Shown: one piece after another, positions 53,635-53,719 of the stretch | How positions within the stretch are numbered: position 1 is the first letter of the stretch | Layout of the letters: each line of letters starts with the position of its first letter | Source: an uncultured bacterium | Lineage (GTDB): Bacteria > Omnitrophota > Gorgyraeia > Zapsychrales > Aceulaceae | DNA: 53,719 nt | Assembly (NCBI GenBank): GCA_937930175.1 | Contig: CALGLP010000016.1 | Coordinates: 1-53,719 of the forward strand | Reading direction: 5' to 3' | The notes under the pieces: generated by a model | The model's input: the letters and a program-made list of their open reading frames with translations, nothing else | Told to the model about the DNA's origin: nothing | The model's database searches: none | Position numbers and translations under genes: made by a program

Positions 53635-53693
53635 TTGAACCCGTGCTGCAAGCTTGAAAAGCTTGTGTCCTGACCAGGCTAGACGATGGGGTC
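53620..53693 (-). tRNA. tRNA-Glu (anticodon UUC), 74 nt, CCA not encoded
   Basis: The minus strand reads GACCCCA-TC-GTCT-AGCCTGGTCA-GGAC-A-CAAGC-TTTTCAA-GCTTG-CAGC-ACGGG-TTCAAAT-CCCGT-TGGGGTC-G. It folds as a full cloverleaf with a 7-bp acceptor stem and a TTCAAAT T-loop. Confidence 0.9.
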
Positions 53694-53719
53694 AAAAATT
53701 GCGCCATTAATTAATTTTT

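Noticed and set aside
53342-53707. A 121-aa minus-strand ORF and two plus-strand ORFs at the right end of the window.
   Set aside because: They run through the tRNA-Glu gene and the tRNA-3'-end repeats, where PVGV repeats simply translate the repeated 15-mer. They are not credible coding sequences.

Overview
Almost everything in this window is coded on the minus strand. (1) Positions 3-25997 are one uninterrupted minus-strand ORF of at least 8,665 codons that runs off the left edge. It is missing from the supplied ORF track, apparently because it has no stop inside the window. By hand translation it has an N-terminal TM segment, a C39-like cysteine-peptidase signature, glycine-zipper/TM-rich blocks, long Lys/Glu coiled-coil and TPR-like helical stretches, Pro/Ala/Gln low-complexity linkers, a multi-pass hydrophobic block with odd in-frame hairpin repeats, and a beta-barrel-like Tyr/Gly/Asn/Ser-rich stretch. 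(2) 25.9-27.0 kb is intergenic. It holds two minus-strand intrinsic-terminator hairpins, a 30-nt perfect palindrome and a ~350-nt GC-richer, hairpin-rich element (A). A second, same-orientation copy (B) lies at 39.9-40.2 kb, so the two copies bracket the pilin/tadBC half of the pilus locus. (3) 27.0-47.6 kb is an expanded Tad/Flp-type pilus locus: tadC, tadB, a 1042-aa TadG-like and a 599-aa TadE-like Cys-rich protein, about 11 further Flp/TadE-type pilin genes (including a tandemly duplicated 3-gene cassette and a 51-aa Flp gene below the ORF-track cutoff), a 558-aa HTH protein, a DUF192 protein, a fused CpaE(TadZ)-CpaF(TadA) ATPase, a CpaC secretin with a C-terminal TonB_C-like domain, CpaB, a parvulin PPIase lipoprotein, and a 298-aa Cys-rich pilin-like protein. 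No prepilin peptidase is visible. (4) 48.1-53.0 kb holds housekeeping genes: malate dehydrogenase, a D-2-hydroxyacid dehydrogenase, TrpB2 and a GT39/ArnT-like membrane protein. (5) tRNA-Glu(UUC) sits at 53620-53693, and its 3' 15 nt recur twice more just downstream. The most interesting signal is the giant ORF lying next to, and co-oriented with, the pilin-rich Tad locus, a candidate cell-contact or host-interaction system. Taxon cannot be established here; from memory, giant ORFs near Tad loci have been discussed for Omnitrophota-like uncultivated bacteria, but I cannot verify that. All protein calls rest on motif recognition by eye. No searches were run.
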